From a virus, in the IMG/VR virus record IMGVR_UViG_3300047564_002155, positions 64,001 to 128,000 of that record: DNA of 64,000 nucleotides; one strand, written 5' to 3'. Below are positions 60,234 to 64,000 of the stretch, piece by piece. The position numbers and the translations under genes are program-made. Below the pieces are notes generated by a model. That model searched no databases and had not been told where the DNA came from. It worked only from the letters and a program-made list of their open reading frames with translations. The first letter of the stretch is position 1. Every line of letters begins with the position of its first letter.

Positions 60234-60264
60234 TTTGGCAGTTCAAAAATATTTCGTATATTTG
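60234..60264 (+). promoter_or_regulatory. Bacteroidota sigma70-type promoter
   Basis: TTTG-N19-TATATTTG. Confidence 0.8.
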
Positions 60265-60336
60265 TATAGTAATGATTGAGAAAGTTCTCCGATTCTCAAT
60301 TTAGTAAACAGGAGAGTAATTTTAAAAACCCCCACG

Positions 60337-60831
60337 ATGAGTAATTATCACAAGCGAGTTCCCTTCCACTCCCTAAACGAAGGTCAAATTGAATATCATC
60401 CCATTTTGAGTGGTATTCGGTATCAACAAAACAAAAAAAGTTTTACAACTTACAATGTTAAAAGTAGGTTAGCTGCTGCAATCTACGAGAACAATGGTAA
60501 CTGGGATGTTATGTTATGTCCAGCCGGTGCTAGACCCGATGGTTCAACTAATCATTCTCAAAATCATTCCACGGTAAAGGCTGACGCTCCGTTGTTACTT
60601 CAATATCTTAAAATTAAAGGATTTGACAACAGAAACCGAAATCTTAAATTTAAAGACCTTCCTTTTTCTTTTGAAAAATTTGAAGACGCATTAGCTTGTT
60701 TTCAACTTTATGAAGAAGTGGTTTTAAATACACCACTATTGGATTTGGATAAAGTTAATTTACAATCAAATCCTTGGACAAAACGAGATTTTGAAAATTT
60801 AAAAAATAATCGTATATTTGTTAACCAATAA
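60337..60831 (+). CDS. Hypothetical protein
   Basis: ORF after a host-type promoter. Confidence 0.6.
   Translation: MSNYHKRVPFHSLNEGQIEYHPILSGIRYQQNKKSFTTYNVKSRLAAAIYENNGNWDVMLCPAGARPDGSTNHSQNHSTVKADAPLLLQYLKIKGFDNRNRNLKFKDLPFSFEKFEDALACFQLYEEVVLNTPLLDLDKVNLQSNPWTKRDFENLKNNRIFVNQ
60790..60820 (+). promoter_or_regulatory. Bacteroidota sigma70-type promoter
   Basis: TTTG-N19-TATATTTG at the end of the upstream gene. Confidence 0.7.
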
Positions 60832-60834
60832 AAA

Positions 60835-62631
60835 TTGAAAGATATGAGAAGTTTAAAAGAAGCTTTAGTGTGGGTTGGTGAGAACAAAGCAAAGCCCGCT
60901 ATTTTCGTTAGAACATTGGGTGTTGTTACATTTCAAATGTGTCGTGAGTTGATTGATAGTGGTGCTCTTGATAATGAGGCTAACCGAGATGAGGATTTGG
61001 ACACTCATAAAAAGTATTGGGGTAAACTTCATCACTTGATTCGCTTCGTAAGCGGTATCTCCGAAAAGGGTCAGTTATTGGTGTCTATCTTAAAGGACAA
61101 AGTGGGTGATGTTGGTTTCATTCGTGATAACGGAACATTGTTTTCCTTGTTGTTTGGTAAATACTACGATAGTAGTGTTCTAACAGGTAATGAATGGTTA
61201 ATGATGTGTGAGGACATTATTAAAGATTATGACATCACGAATGAGGATGATAAGTGTGTAATCAATATGATTACTGACTATTTCAACAAGAAGACACCAC
61301 AGGAACTTGATATTAAGTATTCTTTAAAACATTTGATAGATGGCTCTGATGAGTTTCGTGAATTCTTTGACAATAGTCAAATTGCATTTGTTGTTAATTT
61401 ACACACTGTAAAACAATTTGAGAAGGATATGATTAATTGTAACCGACAACCAAATCCGTGGTTGGCTTACAACTACTATATGACTCCTTTGAAACGAACG
61501 GATGAGTACAAAACTTATTTTTGTGGTGACCAACTTTTAGAATATTTTACTAATAAGGTAGGTGCTGATGAATTTACACGAGGTGGGTTGATGTCGGGTC
61601 ATAAAGGATATGCCGAGAAACACAAAGTAGCAAAGATGATACCAATCCTTCAGGCGTACATTGGTTCTCACTATTGTGATACCATTGATGAGTTTAAAAA
61701 GTTTAACGATATGGTCGTTAGTTTTGAAAACGGAACAACCGATGGTAAGGAAACCGAATACTGGCAATCTATGTTTAAGCGTGTCATTTCGGAAGTAAGT
61801 TATGGTGAGTTGACCAAGTGGTACGAAAGTACATATGTGAAGGTGTTTGAATCGGATGATTGGAAGACAATCACCACTACCATTAACAAGATTGTAACCA
61901 ACAATCTAAATGGGAAGCGAATAACGGCTATGGAAGACCTTCACATTAAAAAGTATCATACAGGAATTTTGTTATTCACCTTTGTTTTACACTTCAAACG
62001 AACCAAGAAGTCAGTTGGGATATCAAAGTTAACATCCAAAGTAGTCAATGAGTATTGTAAACTGTTGAATGGTAATGTTGACCACGAAGGTAATCAAATT
62101 AGTGTATGGGAGTATTTTGGAACACAATCTTCGGTTTACTCATCAACGAGTGCCAATGTTAGATTTGAAAAGTTGTTCAAATATGTTTTTAAGAATGTTG
62201 AATCTAACTTGAAAGCTGGCTCTAAAGACCGTGACCATCAATCCGAATATCGTGAGCAGTCACTAAAACGAATTTCAACCTTCCTTGAGTCCGAGGGAAT
62301 GCCTCAACGACTGAAACTATACCCACTATCTACCGATGTGTTGAGTGTTGTAAACTTCAAGACTGGCGAGGGTGTCCAATGGTTACATAAATCACCCAAC
62401 TCAACCGGGGGTGATGCTAAAGATGGGTTTTTGGGTATGACTGATGATAACCTAACGGGTAATCAAAAATACAAGAATTGGAATTGTACACCAAACGAGT
62501 ATTGGGAGATGTTGGTTGAACATAATGAGAAGATGTCTGGCAATTTGAGTCCAATTGAAAAACGGATTGTCGCTTCATCAATTAATACAATTTACCAAAT
62601 CCTTGAAACGGGTTTAAATTTTGGAGCATAA
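60835..62631 (+). CDS. Hypothetical protein, possibly a divergent DUF262/HNH (GmrSD-like) protein
   Basis: Long ORF whose C-terminal WLHKSPNSTGG...DDN is weakly HNH-like. Confidence 0.4.
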   Translation: MKDMRSLKEALVWVGENKAKPAIFVRTLGVVTFQMCRELIDSGALDNEANRDEDLDTHKKYWGKLHHLIRFVSGISEKGQLLVSILKDKVGDVGFIRDNGTLFSLLFGKYYDSSVLTGNEWLMMCEDIIKDYDITNEDDKCVINMITDYFNKKTPQELDIKYSLKHLIDGSDEFREFFDNSQIAFVVNLHTVKQFEKDMINCNRQPNPWLAYNYYMTPLKRTDEYKTYFCGDQLLEYFTNKVGADEFTRGGLMSGHKGYAEKHKVAKMIPILQAYIGSHYCDTIDEFKKFNDMVVSFENGTTDGKETEYWQSMFKRVISEVSYGELTKWYESTYVKVFESDDWKTITTTINKIVTNNLNGKRITAMEDLHIKKYHTGILLFTFVLHFKRTKKSVGISKLTSKVVNEYCKLLNGNVDHEGNQISVWEYFGTQSSVYSSTSANVRFEKLFKYVFKNVESNLKAGSKDRDHQSEYREQSLKRISTFLESEGMPQRLKLYPLSTDVLSVVNFKTGEGVQWLHKSPNSTGGDAKDGFLGMTDDNLTGNQKYKNWNCTPNEYWEMLVEHNEKMSGNLSPIEKRIVASSINTIYQILETGLNFGA

Positions 62632-62632
62632 T

Positions 62633-63751
62633 ATGAGAGTTTTAGTTATACCAAATTACACCAACTTTGGGGCTGTTAAAGACATCAATAGGGATTCGTT
62701 CCTATTGGTGTTCAAGTCCTTTTTAGATAATACGCAAATTGGTAAAGAGTGGGAGTGGATTCTACCTTATCCTGATTTAGATAATCATCCTGGTATCATC
62801 AACGCATTTGAATACCCGAATGTTCAGTTGGTAAAAATGGATGGATTGGATTCATTTCCACCCAAAATGAGGGTAGATTATCCTCACAAGTTTTTCAATA
62901 GAATCATTGAAAAATACAAAGGTGAATTCAATTTGATTTGGAGTCATTTGCCTGAATGGACTAATGAGTTTAAAGTAACTCGTATCTATAATAAAACTCA
63001 ACCTATTATTGGATATTGTCATTGGTGGGAAATCAAAGATAATGGTGCAAGAGATGATAATTCATTTTGGCGTAATGTCAAGGGTATGTTAGAAATGAAA
63101 GTGTGTGGTGTAAACTCACAATGGGTAAAAGATTTAGTAATCAAACGAGCATCTGAATCATTTCAACCACATATCATTGAGCAATTAGAACAAATTATTC
63201 AACCTTGGTATCTTGGATGTGATTCCGCAACTCCAACATCTACATACGAACCTAAAACTATTTTGTATAATCATAGATGGGGTGTGTATACGGGTTCGGA
63301 ATTCTTTTTTGAGGTAATGGATGAATTATGGAAAACTCGTAAAGATTTCCAAGTGTGGACTACCTTAAAAGAAATGGGTAAACCATATACCAAATATATT
63401 GGTCACGCTGATAGAGATGTATATATGAATCAAATGTCAAAAGCACATTTTGGTGTAGGTACGTTCCAAGGATATTCCGCTTGGTCTATGTCAGCAACTG
63501 ATGGTTTATCTCGTGGAGTTCCATATTTACTACCAAATGATTTTTGTTATCCTGAAATGGTAGGCACTGATTACCCTTTACTTTATAATGGTAAAGAAGA
63601 ATTTAAACAAATGGTTGTAAAACTATTGGATGGTGATATTGAACGACCTGATGTAACTCATATTGCAGAATCCTTGCTTTGGGAACACCAACTAAAAAGT
63701 TGGAATGTAGAAGAAAACTTTGTTAATACCGCACGAAAAGATTTTAATTAA
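62633..63751 (+). CDS. GT-B glycosyltransferase next to the DNA polymerase
   Basis: WSHLPE, YNHRW and SAWSMSATDGLSRGVPYLLP (GT-B C-lobe) motifs. Confidence 0.7.
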   Translation: MRVLVIPNYTNFGAVKDINRDSFLLVFKSFLDNTQIGKEWEWILPYPDLDNHPGIINAFEYPNVQLVKMDGLDSFPPKMRVDYPHKFFNRIIEKYKGEFNLIWSHLPEWTNEFKVTRIYNKTQPIIGYCHWWEIKDNGARDDNSFWRNVKGMLEMKVCGVNSQWVKDLVIKRASESFQPHIIEQLEQIIQPWYLGCDSATPTSTYEPKTILYNHRWGVYTGSEFFFEVMDELWKTRKDFQVWTTLKEMGKPYTKYIGHADRDVYMNQMSKAHFGVGTFQGYSAWSMSATDGLSRGVPYLLPNDFCYPEMVGTDYPLLYNGKEEFKQMVVKLLDGDIERPDVTHIAESLLWEHQLKSWNVEENFVNTARKDFN

Positions 63752-64000
63752 TGTATCAAAATGTATACTATGAAAAGGAAAATGGTATCATCCATTGCTG
63801 GGATGACCAAAAAGGTTATTTTACAAGCAAGTACCGTAGATACGCATATGTTAGAGATGGGAATGGTTCTTTTACTTCTATTCACGGAGAGCGTCTTAAA
63901 AAGATAAACTTTTGGAAGCAAGAGGATAATCTTAAACTTTACGAAAGTGATGTAAACGAAATGACTCGTTTTCTGATTGACCAATATGGTGATTCAGATG
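63751..64000 (+). CDS. Family B DNA polymerase N-terminus (truncated by the window edge)
   Basis: MYQNVYY...IHCWDD...SIHGERLKK...LYESDVNEMTRFLIDQYGDSD, with the frame open to the end of the window. Confidence 0.7.
   Translation, partial: MYQNVYYEKENGIIHCWDDQKGYFTSKYRRYAYVRDGNGSFTSIHGERLKKINFWKQEDNLKLYESDVNEMTRFLIDQYGDSD

Noticed and set aside
63748-63984. Reverse-strand 78-aa ORF
   Set aside because: The + strand frame from 63751 encodes a recognisable PolB N-terminus.
1-64000. Stop-codon reassignment as seen in some large Bacteroidota phages
   Set aside because: Genes are full length in code 11, and TAG (26572, 56883, 60206) and TGA (37124, 58455, 58670) act as normal stops.

Overview
This 64 kb window is a segment of a large T4-like (contractile-tailed) bacteriophage genome. 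All convincing genes are on the + strand and use the standard genetic code. Repeated TTTG-N19/20-TAnnTTTG promoters point to a Bacteroidota host. Gene order: head module (prohead protease, internal proteins, phage-encoded bS21, scaffold, major capsid protein, PhoH); Ser/Thr-rich fibre or decoration genes; two giant collagen genes with three modifying enzymes; neck, tail and baseplate genes; replication and nucleotide metabolism (PolA-like, gp32, UvsX, 5'-3' exonuclease, DnaB, NrdB, MazG, NrdA); glutamine synthetase II; two Mom-like proteins; a glycosyltransferase; and the start of a family B polymerase. The best candidate for an undescribed system is a self-contained collagen maturation cassette at 17.2-29.6 kb. 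Each collagen begins with a Hint domain that appears able only to cleave at its C-terminus. The collagens are followed by a 2OG-Fe(II) hydroxylase, a GT2 and a GT-B fused to a PLOD-like lysyl hydroxylase. A second strong signal is that late genes carry Shine-Dalgarno sequences while host-promoter genes do not, alongside a phage bS21. All family assignments come from recognising motifs by eye; no database search was run.
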